Source: an uncultured Clostridia bacterium (GTDB lineage: Bacteria; Bacillota; Dehalobacteriia; UBA4068). Taken from it: a stretch of 51,489 nucleotides of DNA. Position numbers and translations under genes: made by a program. This document shows, one piece after another, positions 8,234-16,170 of the stretch; position 1 is the first letter of the stretch; the number at the start of each line of letters is the position of its first letter. Under the pieces are notes generated by a model, which ran no database searches, was not told the origin of the DNA, and saw only the letters and a program-made list of their open reading frames with translations. Location: positions 1 through 51,489 of the forward strand of contig CALXQC010000004.1 of assembly GCA_944390435.1 (NCBI GenBank), given 5' to 3'.

Positions 8234-9130
8234 TCAAGCGTCAAAAATGCCTAAAATTACGATGCCGACCAAAACCAAAGAAATCACGATATAATGCGCC
8301 CGGGACAAGCGTTCTTTGAGGAAGATGCGGCTCCACAAGACGCTGAACACACAGTAAGCGCTGATCAGCGGCGCAGCCAAAATAGCGTTGGCGCCAATGG
8401 CGAAAATATAGGCAAACTGGCCGGCAGTCTCGCAAATACCGGCGGCAATTTTCGGCTTTTCCTGAGAGACAATAATTTTTTGTTTTTTAATAGCGACCAC
8501 ATAAATAAAGCCGACTACCGCCATCAGTAGGAAGGTTAATTCGTAAGCAATATTCGCCTGGGTTTCTTCGATGAACATCTCCAGCCAATAAGCGTCAGCA
8601 AAGGTGCCGAGCGCATCCAGCAAACAATACAAAATGGGGAAAATAATTGCCAATACGCTGCTGGTATATTTGACATTGGCGATCTCACGCCGGGCGGCGC
8701 GAGCAGCGTCGCTCTGACGTTTTTCTACCACTGCCAGGCCGACCACACCGGTGCAGATCAAGATGACAGCCAGCAGCGACCAACCGCCGATGCTCTCCTT
8801 GAGCACAAAATAGCATAGCAGCACCACCACTGCTCCGGACGAATTGCATACCGGTGAAGAAATTGATAACTCGATATATCGCAGGCCGACATATCCCAGG
8901 ATCATTGATAAGATATACAGAGCCGAAACCGGCAGATAGATAATGATATCTTTGATCGAAAAATCCACGCCGGCACATAGCTGGACAATGGCGTGGATGC
9001 CCATTACCAGACCGACCGCCATCACTAATTTCCAATGGCTATATTTGTCATTAGGCTTCGAGCCCATTTTACTAAACAGGTCGGAGCCGCTCCAAGCTAG
9101 GATAGCGCCTAGCGAAAGCAAAAACCACAT
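8234..9130 (-). CDS. EamA/DMT-family transporter
   Basis: 298 aa with about 10 predicted TM helices in two repeated halves. The N-terminus is MWFLLSLGAILAWSGSDLFSKMG. The SD AAAGGATG is upstream. Confidence 0.85.
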   Translation of the reverse strand: MWFLLSLGAILAWSGSDLFSKMGSKPNDKYSHWKLVMAVGLVMGIHAIVQLCAGVDFSIKDIIIYLPVSALYILSMILGYVGLRYIELSISSPVCNSSGAVVVLLCYFVLKESIGGWSLLAVILICTGVVGLAVVEKRQSDAARAARREIANVKYTSSVLAIIFPILYCLLDALGTFADAYWLEMFIEETQANIAYELTFLLMAVVGFIYVVAIKKQKIIVSQEKPKIAAGICETAGQFAYIFAIGANAILAAPLISAYCVFSVLWSRIFLKERLSRAHYIVISLVLVGIVILGIFDA

Positions 9131-9253
9131 ATTAGATCATCCTTTACTAAGTGATCACACAACCGCTTTATTATAGCATGGCATTAACTTAAAGAAAAGG
9201 ATAATTTGCGATAACAAGCATTTTTCTTAGCACAAGCTATCTGCCGGTAAAAG

Positions 9254-11773
9254 CTATCTCTTCCGAACGGCGCGGCGGTGATGTTTTTTAACCGCCTCAT
9301 ACCATAAAACAGACAGCGCGGCTAAAGCCAAGGCCGCCAATAACTGGCCGCAAGACAATGGAGCTAACTTAAGAAAGCTATTGAGCGGAGTATAAAGAAT
9401 GATTGCCAGCACCAAAATGGTCGCTACATTGATCCCCCAGATAACCTTATCGCGGGAGAACTTTTTGGCGATACTCCAGGCTGATCCATACTGAGAGCTA
9501 TTCACCTGCACCAAAAACAGATTAGCCAGCATGAGCACCGCCAAACCAAGCGAGCGGGCTGCTGCAGCATTATCAGGATCAGCGTGCAGCATCAGTAAAT
9601 AACTGCCGAAAGCTGCGGCAAAAACCGTTATTCCCTGGGCGGCGCTCTTACTTAATAACGAGGGAGTAAGGATTTGCGCCTGAGGGTCTCGCGGCGGTCG
9701 CTCCATAATATCATCCTCGGCAGGTTGGCGTTCCAAGACTACCGAGCAGGTCGGATCAATAAGCAATTCCAGCAGCACCACATGCAGCGGCAGCAGCATT
9801 AAATCTGCCGCGGTGATTCCCAGCATCGGGGCCAATAAGGACGCTAGAGCGATTGGGATATGAATAGCAAAGACATAGCCGACTGCCTTGCGGATATTAT
9901 CGTAAATGCGTCTCCCGTCGCGAATGGTATCAACAATCGTAGAGAAATTGTCATCCATCAAAATCAGATCCGCCGCCTCCCGAGCCACCTCGGAGCCGCG
10001 GCCGCCCATGGCAATGCCGATATCGGCATATTTCAGCGCCGGAGCATCATTGACACCATCACCGGTCATCGCGACAATCGCGCCGTTCTCGCGAAAAGCG
10101 CGCACGATCCGCATTTTATGCTCAGGCACCACACGGGAGAAAATATTAGTAGCCTTGACCTCCTCACGCAGCTGGTCGTCGCTCATTTGATCAATCATCG
10201 CCCCAGTAACCACCCGCTGCCAGCCGTGAATACCAACCTGGCGGGCAATAGCAGCAGCAGTAGCGCTATTATCTCCGGTAATCATAACCACTCTAATACC
10301 GGCCCGATAGCAAGTAGCAATATCGCGGGCAATATGCTCGCGGGGCGGATCAGCAAAACCTACCAGTCCCAGCAAGTGCAGCCGGCAGCCGCTCAGTTCA
10401 TCCGGTATAGCTGCGGCAGACGGCAGCTGCTGAACAGCTACTGCCAGCACCCGCAGCCCATCTTGCGTCATTGCCGCCAGCTGTTGGTCTACGGCCAGAC
10501 GGTCTGCCTCATCAAGCGAACACAGACACAGCAACTGCTCTGGAGAGCCCTTGGCGGCAACAATAATGCCGTCATCCCGCTGCCAAATATGCCCCATCAT
10601 CTTCTGCTGGCTGGTAAACGGATATTCCCGCAGCAGACGGCCGGCAAACAGCTGATCCCGTCCCAGCCCCAGCTGCTGGCAATGCGCTAAAATAGCCTTT
10701 TCCATCGGGTCATAGGATTCAACTTCACAGGCCATCCCCATAGCTAAACACAGCTCGGACAAATCGCCATTACTCGCCCAAGCTTTTTGCAGCGTCATCT
10801 GATTCTGGGTAATCGTTCCCGTCTTATCAACGCAAAGCACGGAAATCGAGCCTAAAGTCTCTACCGAGGGCAGGCTGCGGATCAGCGACTGCTTTTTGGC
10901 TAAGCGCCAGGCGCCCATTGATAAAAAAACGGTTAAAATCACTGGGAATTCTTCCGGAATCATCGCCATCGCCAATGTGATGCCGGAAAGGATGCTGTTG
11001 ACCAGACGCCCTTCGGCGGCCGCTGCATCTAAATTAATATAGGTAACAGCGGCAACCAGCAAACATAGCAGCAGCGCAATTATCGCGCATACTTTTACCA
11101 AAGAGGCGGTCTGCCGCTGCAATGGCGTCGGCTGCTGCGGCGCCTGATTGATCGCCGTGCCGATCCGGCCGTATTCGGTATTAACCCCGGTGCGTTCCAC
11201 ACGGACATTAGCTGCTCCCTGCAGAACCAGTGTCCCGGCATAACAATAATCACGCCGCCAATAATCCCCCTCCGCTTCCGGGCTGGCGTCGTTTTTCCAG
11301 ACTACCTCGGATTCGCCGGTCAGCGAGCTTTCGTCCACACAAAAATCATGGCAATGGAGGATCACCCCATCGGCCGGTATCTTGCAGCCTTCGTAAAGCA
11401 GCAGCAAGTCTCCGGGCACCAAATCAATGCTGGATATTTCCTGCTCCTTACCATCGCGGATTACCCGAACCAGGGGGGCAGAAAGCTCGCGGAGCGCGCG
11501 GAGCGTTTTATCCGTTTTCCATTCCTGGATCACGTCAATACTGATCACGCCGATCACAAAAACCAGCATAATCGCTCCGTCCCGCGGTTCGCCGAGCAAA
11601 AAATAAATCACCGCCGCCGCTAACAGCAGCAAAAACATCGGCTCGGCAAGAATATGCAGCAATTTACGAACCGGGCTGTTTTTTCGTTCCGGCTGCAATT
11701 CATTACGTCCGTAACGCGCACGCGCTGCCATAACCTCATCGCTAGTCAAGCCGCAAAACTGATGATTATCCAT
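9254..11773 (-). CDS. Cation-transporting P-type ATPase (P2-like; ion specificity unclear)
   Basis: Carries DKTGTITQNQMT (phosphorylation site), TGDNSATAAAIA and MTGDGVNDAPALKYADIGIAMG. TM4 reads IPEEFPVILT. I place the start at ATG 11773 (MDNHQFCGLTSDEV...), which is preceded by AGGAGG at 6-nt spacing. The 31 upstream codons in the track lie in the leader and terminator. Confidence 0.93.
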   Translation of the reverse strand: MDNHQFCGLTSDEVMAARARYGRNELQPERKNSPVRKLLHILAEPMFLLLLAAAVIYFLLGEPRDGAIMLVFVIGVISIDVIQEWKTDKTLRALRELSAPLVRVIRDGKEQEISSIDLVPGDLLLLYEGCKIPADGVILHCHDFCVDESSLTGESEVVWKNDASPEAEGDYWRRDYCYAGTLVLQGAANVRVERTGVNTEYGRIGTAINQAPQQPTPLQRQTASLVKVCAIIALLLCLLVAAVTYINLDAAAAEGRLVNSILSGITLAMAMIPEEFPVILTVFLSMGAWRLAKKQSLIRSLPSVETLGSISVLCVDKTGTITQNQMTLQKAWASNGDLSELCLAMGMACEVESYDPMEKAILAHCQQLGLGRDQLFAGRLLREYPFTSQQKMMGHIWQRDDGIIVAAKGSPEQLLCLCSLDEADRLAVDQQLAAMTQDGLRVLAVAVQQLPSAAAIPDELSGCRLHLLGLVGFADPPREHIARDIATCYRAGIRVVMITGDNSATAAAIARQVGIHGWQRVVTGAMIDQMSDDQLREEVKATNIFSRVVPEHKMRIVRAFRENGAIVAMTGDGVNDAPALKYADIGIAMGGRGSEVAREAADLILMDDNFSTIVDTIRDGRRIYDNIRKAVGYVFAIHIPIALASLLAPMLGITAADLMLLPLHVVLLELLIDPTCSVVLERQPAEDDIMERPPRDPQAQILTPSLLSKSAAQGITVFAAAFGSYLLMLHADPDNAAAARSLGLAVLMLANLFLVQVNSSQYGSAWSIAKKFSRDKVIWGINVATILVLAIILYTPLNSFLKLAPLSCGQLLAALALAALSVLWYEAVKKHHRRAVRKR

Positions 11774-11791
11774 GAAAATCCTCCTGAGAAT

Positions 11792-11834
11792 GAAAAAGCT
11801 CATCTGCGGGATGGGTACTGTCCCGCAGATGAGC
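11792..11834 (-). terminator. Intrinsic terminator inside the ATPase leader (attenuator)
   Basis: Minus strand reads GCTCATCTGCGGGA-cagtaccca-TCCCGCAGATGAGC followed by TTTTT: a 14-bp perfect stem ending 19 nt before the ATPase ATG. Confidence 0.75.
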
Positions 11835-11956
11835 TGCATCTGCTGCCGTAAACGGCCCGGCTCCATGGTCTGCCATGCAGATCATCGCCTGCTCAGTTTG
11901 TACTGTATAGCGTTCATTAAAGAGAACGTTGGTCAGTGCAAAGAGATATTTGTTCT

Positions 11957-11985
11957 AATATAGCTTATGCGCCAACTCTTGTCAA
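11957..11985 (-). promoter_or_regulatory. Sigma-A-type promoter for the ATPase leader
   Basis: Minus strand reads TTGACA (11985-11980), 17 nt, then TATATT (11962-11957). Confidence 0.65.
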
Positions 11986-11998
11986 GTGACAAGAAGCG

Positions 11999-12592
11999 TC
12001 AACGGAGAAACCGAACCCGATAACTGCCCAGCACTTGGCGGCAGGGAATGCGGGCTGCATTAGCCGCCGTCAATTCCTCCGCGGGATAGCTGTGAACTAT
12101 AGGCTCCGGCTCAGCGCTCAGAGTCCGGCCGCAGCTGCTGCCATGGGCATCGGCGGCAGAAAAACGCCAGCGGAAACAGCAGTCGCAGAATTCTTTGCGC
12201 GCAGTAATGATTTCCGCTGGACGCCATATTTTCCCTTGCGCATCTCCATTGAGAAAATAGCAGCCGCTATTATCCCGTTCCGCCGGGCAAGCGCCCTCAA
12301 TACCGACAGCGGTAAAAGATATTTCCAGATGATCAGTACTAAAAATTACTTTAGCTCCGCTGCGGATAAATGCGGCATTCTGCCAATAGCCAATATTCAG
12401 CCAGCCTCTGTGCTCGCCTTTAGCCACCGCGGTATTAAATTCCACATAGCCTTCAGCATGATCGCGGATCTCCGCGTTAATCCTCAGCACCGGCCGCAGG
12501 GAAATAAAATCCGCGGGCAGCAGCGCACGAAGACGATCCTGTTCAACACCATAGGCCATGACATATTGCTCGACAAACATTTCTTTTACCAT
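11999..12592 (-). CDS. Hypothetical protein (about 197 aa, Cys-rich C-terminal half)
   Basis: Protein-like composition (MVKEMFVEQYVMAYGVEQDRLRALLPADFISLRPVLRINAEI...). The track ORF (to 12715) would overlap the ACP gene and a terminator, so I use the first ATG after them. The SD is weak and the start is uncertain. I recognise no family. Confidence 0.5.
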   Translation of the reverse strand: MVKEMFVEQYVMAYGVEQDRLRALLPADFISLRPVLRINAEIRDHAEGYVEFNTAVAKGEHRGWLNIGYWQNAAFIRSGAKVIFSTDHLEISFTAVGIEGACPAERDNSGCYFLNGDAQGKIWRPAEIITARKEFCDCCFRWRFSAADAHGSSCGRTLSAEPEPIVHSYPAEELTAANAARIPCRQVLGSYRVRFLR

Positions 12593-12610
12593 CAACTGCT
12601 CTCGTCTAGC

Positions 12611-12643
12611 GGAGAAAGGCTCCGTCTTGCTGCAGACGGAGCC
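12611..12643 (-). terminator. Rho-independent terminator after the ACP gene
   Basis: Minus strand reads GGCTCCGTCT-gcagca-AGACGGAGCC followed by TTTCTCC, 41 nt after the ACP stop and 19 nt before the next ATG. Confidence 0.6.
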
Positions 12644-12684
12644 GGAATAGTCTCGGCGGCTAACGCTATGCGCAGACCGGAACT

Positions 12685-12906
12685 CTATTGAATATGCTGC
12701 TCGACATAAGCGCACAAATCAGCTACTGTTTTCAGCTCAGAGGCATCCTCGATAGTGATATTAAAGGCTTCCTCAATAGAAAGCATAATCTCTACCATAT
12801 AGAGCGAATCCACCTCCATATCGTTAAAGCTGCTTTCCGGCTTAATTAAATCTTTGTCGATATCCAATGTATCGGCGATAATTTCAGTAATTTTATCAAA
12901 AACCAT
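12685..12906 (-). CDS. Acyl carrier protein (stand-alone PP-binding domain)
   Basis: 73 aa and acidic, with the phosphopantetheine-attachment motif DMEVDSLYMVEIM (DSL). The SD AAGGAG lies 8 nt upstream. Confidence 0.85.
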   Translation of the reverse strand: MVFDKITEIIADTLDIDKDLIKPESSFNDMEVDSLYMVEIMLSIEEAFNITIEDASELKTVADLCAYVEQHIQ

Positions 12907-12973
12907 CTTCTAATCTCCTTTTATCTTTCTTTAATATTATTATCGGTATCATTAATCACTGGCCGCTAAGCGA

Positions 12974-14491
12974 TCAGGCAAACATTTCTTCTGCATAAAT
13001 ACGATTGATAGCATTAATATACGCCAACATACTGGACTTGATCACGTCAGTGCTGATGCCCTTGCCCAAAAAGACATTATCATGGTATTTAACCCTTACG
13101 GTCACCTCGCCTAAGGCGTCTGCACCCTCGGTAATCGCCTTGATATTATAGCTCTCAAGCGAAATATCCAAACCGATCATCTCAGTAATCGATTTGAAAG
13201 CAGCATCTACCGGACCTCCGGCAATAGCCGCCTTCTGCAAGGTCTCCTCGCCCCGCTTCAGCATCACCGTGGCGGTGGAAGAGACATTATTGCAAGAGAG
13301 AATCTGATAATTGACCAGCTCCACTGTTGGTGGGACATCGCGCATCCGGTCTTCGACGATGGCCATGATATCCTTGAGCGTAATCTCCTTTTTCCGGTCG
13401 GCAATGATCTTGAATTTTTTAAAGGCGCGTTCTACAGTCTGATCATCCAAATGGATACCGTTTTCCACCAGCAATTCCTTAAAAGCATGGTGCCCGGATA
13501 ATTTGCCCAGAACCAGGGGATTCACATCATAGCGCCCGATGCTCTCCGCCGACATAATTTCATAAGTCTCGCGATCCGCCAGCACGCCGTGTTGATGAAT
13601 ACCGCTCTGATGGCGGAAGGCGTTATCGCCGACAATCGCCTTGCCCGGAGCGATTTCCAAACCGGTATATTTGCTGACCATACGGCTGAGGCGGTAAATT
13701 TTTCTGGTATTGATATTTGTTTCTGCCTGGTAATAATCCTCTCTGGTATGCAGGGCCATCACAATTTCTTCCATAGCGGCATTGCCGGCGCGCTCACCTA
13801 TGCCGTTCACAGTGGTCTCTACCTGATCGGCGCCAGCCTTAATCGCCGCCAGACTATTGGCAACCGCCATCCCCAAATCGTCATGGCAATGCACGGAAAT
13901 TTTGGCTTTATCGATATTTGGCACCTGGTTTTTTACTAAGGATACCAAATCTGCGTACTCGGAAGGCATAACATAGCCAACAGTATCCGGGATATTGACT
14001 GTAGTCGCTCCAGCAGCAATCACCTTTTCCAAAACCCGGCATAAAAATTGCGGGTCGGAGCGCGTTGCGTCCTCAGCGGAGAACTCAATATCATCGCAAT
14101 AATATTTGGCCAATTTCACCGACTCTACCGCAGCCCGCAGCACCTCTTCCTCGCTCATGCGCAATTTATAAAGCATATGCCTCTCGGAAGTGGCGATGAC
14201 GATATGAATCAGCGGGCTCTCTGCATGACGCAGCGCCTCCCAGGCGCGCTGAATGTCAGAAGTGACGGCGCGGCATAAGCCTGCTGTCTTCACTCCCTGC
14301 ACTTCTTTGGCGATAGCCAAAACCGCCTCAAAATCGCCGGAGCTGGCAGAGGGAAATCCGGCCTCGATAATATCAACGCCGGTCGCCGCTAATTCTTTAG
14401 CCAAATCAACCTTTTCACGAGTATTGAGATTGACGCCGGGAGTCTGTTCGCCGTCGCGCAAAGTAGTATCAAAAATAGTTATTTTACGCAT
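12974..14491 (-). CDS. leuA: 2-isopropylmalate synthase family enzyme (LeuA/CimA type)
   Basis: 505 aa. Carries IFDTTLRDGEQTPGV, HCHDDLGMAVANSLAAIKAG and RHQSGIHQHG, plus a C-terminal LeuA-dimer-like regulatory domain. Confidence 0.85.
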   Translation of the reverse strand: MRKITIFDTTLRDGEQTPGVNLNTREKVDLAKELAATGVDIIEAGFPSASSGDFEAVLAIAKEVQGVKTAGLCRAVTSDIQRAWEALRHAESPLIHIVIATSERHMLYKLRMSEEEVLRAAVESVKLAKYYCDDIEFSAEDATRSDPQFLCRVLEKVIAAGATTVNIPDTVGYVMPSEYADLVSLVKNQVPNIDKAKISVHCHDDLGMAVANSLAAIKAGADQVETTVNGIGERAGNAAMEEIVMALHTREDYYQAETNINTRKIYRLSRMVSKYTGLEIAPGKAIVGDNAFRHQSGIHQHGVLADRETYEIMSAESIGRYDVNPLVLGKLSGHHAFKELLVENGIHLDDQTVERAFKKFKIIADRKKEITLKDIMAIVEDRMRDVPPTVELVNYQILSCNNVSSTATVMLKRGEETLQKAAIAGGPVDAAFKSITEMIGLDISLESYNIKAITEGADALGEVTVRVKYHDNVFLGKGISTDVIKSSMLAYINAINRIYAEEMFA

Positions 14492-14538
14492 AGACCAGCT
14501 ACCTTTCCAGATAAGCCTTGATGATCAAGCGCCGCCGT

Positions 14539-15114
14539 TTAGCTGCGGCTGCCGGGTTTCACTACAGGGATCTTGCCTTCTGCGCACAGGGGACAGTCCT
14601 CTGGAGCAAAGCTCTCTATCTCCAAGGAAAGCAGCGAGCTCAGCGGTACGCCGAAATCGATTTTGCCGTTGCTGCGGTCTACCAGTACGCCCACGCCGAC
14701 TACGGTGGCGCCTTGCGCCCGCATCAAGTCGATTACTTCCTTGACCGAGCCTCCGGTCGTGATCACATCCTCCACCACCAGCACCCGATCCTGAGCGGAG
14801 ACTTCAAAGCCGCGCCGCAGCGTCATCACGCCGTTTTCCCGCTCGGCGAAAATCGATTTTACCCCGAGAGCGCGCGCTACTTCATAAGAGAGCGGGATAG
14901 CACCAATAGCGGGACCGACAACTACGGTCACGCCCTGATCCGCAAAGTTGCTCGCCATCTGTTCGCATAGCGGGCCGGCTACATCCGGATATTGAAGCAA
15001 GCGGGCGCATTGCATATAATAAGCGGCATGACGTCCTGATGTTAGACGAAAATGTCCGGATAATAGCACCTCTTTGTCCTTAAAGATCTGCAAAATCTGC
15101 TCTCTTGAATACAT
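14539..15114 (-). CDS. pyrE: Orotate phosphoribosyltransferase
   Basis: 191 aa. Carries GHFRLTSGRHAAYYMQCARLL and the PRPP-binding loop VLVVEDVITTGGS. Confidence 0.93.
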   Translation of the reverse strand: MYSREQILQIFKDKEVLLSGHFRLTSGRHAAYYMQCARLLQYPDVAGPLCEQMASNFADQGVTVVVGPAIGAIPLSYEVARALGVKSIFAERENGVMTLRRGFEVSAQDRVLVVEDVITTGGSVKEVIDLMRAQGATVVGVGVLVDRSNGKIDFGVPLSSLLSLEIESFAPEDCPLCAEGKIPVVKPGSRS

Positions 15115-15270
15115 CTGTCTGCCTCCCCATGATATCTTTTATTCTAGCAATTAAAAAACCTTAATCTACCTCAATTTATCATATTCGCGATAAAATGATC
15201 TAAACCTCCCCGCCATATCTTCCAAGACGGAAAATTGCACCGCAGAGCCGCAAATTCTCCGGCGGCGCTC

Positions 15271-15299
15271 TTTACAAAAATACGTCCACGCCGTATCAT
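15271..15299 (+). promoter_or_regulatory. Candidate promoter for the macrodomain gene
   Basis: TTTACA-17 nt-TATCAT, 30 nt upstream of the GTG start. Confidence 0.4.
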
Positions 15300-15328
15300 T
15301 AAAATATAAACTATTAACAAGAAAGCCG

Positions 15329-16117
15329 GTGGTCTTAATCGATCAGAAAGCGCAATTAAGGTATTTGCTCAAATATCTCATCGAAGAACGTCCGCAATAT
15401 AAAAGCCTGCTGCTGACGAATGATTATCAGGAACTGCGTCAACTGCTGCGCGCCCTGATGAATACCCGCCAGCCTGCACCTCTAGACGAAGAATTCCTGC
15501 ATATTCAGGACAGCTTTCTCTCCCAGGAGCGGCAAAACAAACAGCTGACATCTGCCAGCGATATTCCCTCCTGCCGAAAGAATCCGCGTCTAGCGATATG
15601 GCGCGGCGATATTACTGCCCTGGAAATCGACGCCATCGTCAATGCTGCTAATTCCTCATTGCTGGGTTGCTTTATCCCCTGCCATAACTGCATTGATAAT
15701 GCCATTCACTCCGCCGCCGGTCTGCAGCTACGCGAAGAATGCCAGCGGCTTATCGCCGCCCAAGGGCATCAGGAAGAACCGGGCCAAGCCAAAATCACCT
15801 CCGGCTATAATCTCCCGGCAGCTTACATCATTCATACGGTAGGTCCGATTGTGGAGGGAGAACCGACCGGGCAGGATCAGCAGCTGCTTGGCAGCTGTTA
15901 CCGCTCCTGCCTTGCCATAGCACAGCAAAAGCAGCTGCATGAGATAGCCTTTTGCTGTATTTCTACCGGAGTCTTTAATTTTCCGCAGACTACAGCTGCC
16001 AAGATCGCCGTAGCAACGGTCAGCGAATATTTATCCTCCGCCGATTATCCGCAGCGGGTGATCTTCGATGTCTTTACCGATCAAGATGAACAAATCTACC
16101 GCCAGCTGCTTAGCTAA
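15329..16117 (+). CDS. Macrodomain protein (protein-ADP-ribose hydrolase / O-acetyl-ADP-ribose deacetylase type)
   Basis: 262 aa with a GTG start. Carries GDITALEIDAIVNAANSSLLG, the Cys/His cluster GCFIPCHNCIDNAIH, and ITSGYNLPAAYIIHTVGP. Confidence 0.85.
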   Translation: MVLIDQKAQLRYLLKYLIEERPQYKSLLLTNDYQELRQLLRALMNTRQPAPLDEEFLHIQDSFLSQERQNKQLTSASDIPSCRKNPRLAIWRGDITALEIDAIVNAANSSLLGCFIPCHNCIDNAIHSAAGLQLREECQRLIAAQGHQEEPGQAKITSGYNLPAAYIIHTVGPIVEGEPTGQDQQLLGSCYRSCLAIAQQKQLHEIAFCCISTGVFNFPQTTAAKIAVATVSEYLSSADYPQRVIFDVFTDQDEQIYRQLLS

Positions 16118-16135
16118 ACACACTTCCCGGGCAAG

Positions 16136-16170
16136 AAAAAGGCCAGCCGACTCTAACGGCTGGCCTTTTT
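16136..16170. terminator. Bidirectional rho-independent terminator
   Basis: AAAAAGGCCAGCCG-actctaa-CGGCTGGCCTTTTT. The stop codon of the convergent HAD gene lies in the loop. Confidence 0.8.

Noticed and set aside
9860-10690. 276-aa plus-strand ORF inside the P-type ATPase gene.
   Set aside because: It is antisense to the best-conserved part of the ATPase (the DKTGT to GDGVNDAP region). Its sequence is Ser/Asn/His/Gln-rich and not protein-like. It is a shadow ORF.
11774-11866. 31-codon N-terminal extension of the ATPase ORF (MEPGRLRQQMQLICGTVPIPQMSFFILRRIF).
   Set aside because: The extension has no SD and runs through the 14-bp terminator stem and U-tract. A perfect AGGAGG-6 nt-ATG lies at 11773, and the protein from there starts like other P-type ATPases (GLTSDEV...).
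11774-11956. I tested the ATPase leader against known cation riboswitches (M-box/ykoK, yybP-ykoY Mn, NiCo/czcD, fluoride crcB) by eye.
   Set aside because: The hallmark conserved strings I remember for those classes are absent or out of order. The leader shows only scattered resemblance such as ACAGTA, CTGAGCAGG and TGGCAG. I therefore leave it unclassified rather than naming a class, and a covariance-model search is needed.
12035-12691. 218-aa plus-strand ORF opposite the 197-aa hypothetical gene; I considered whether it, rather than the minus-strand ORF, is the real gene.
   Set aside because: The plus-strand translation is Arg/Ala/Ser-rich and low in complexity. It would run head-on into the ACP gene and across its terminator. 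The minus-strand product has a balanced, beta-rich composition. I keep the minus-strand call, but only at 0.5 confidence.
15115-15328. I looked for a PyrR-binding attenuator or small ORF in the 214-nt pyrE / macrodomain divergent region.
   Set aside because: There is no PyrR loop motif (ARUCCAGAGAGGCU-like), no terminator/antiterminator pair, and only a 16-codon ORF without an SD. I treat it as an ordinary divergent promoter region.
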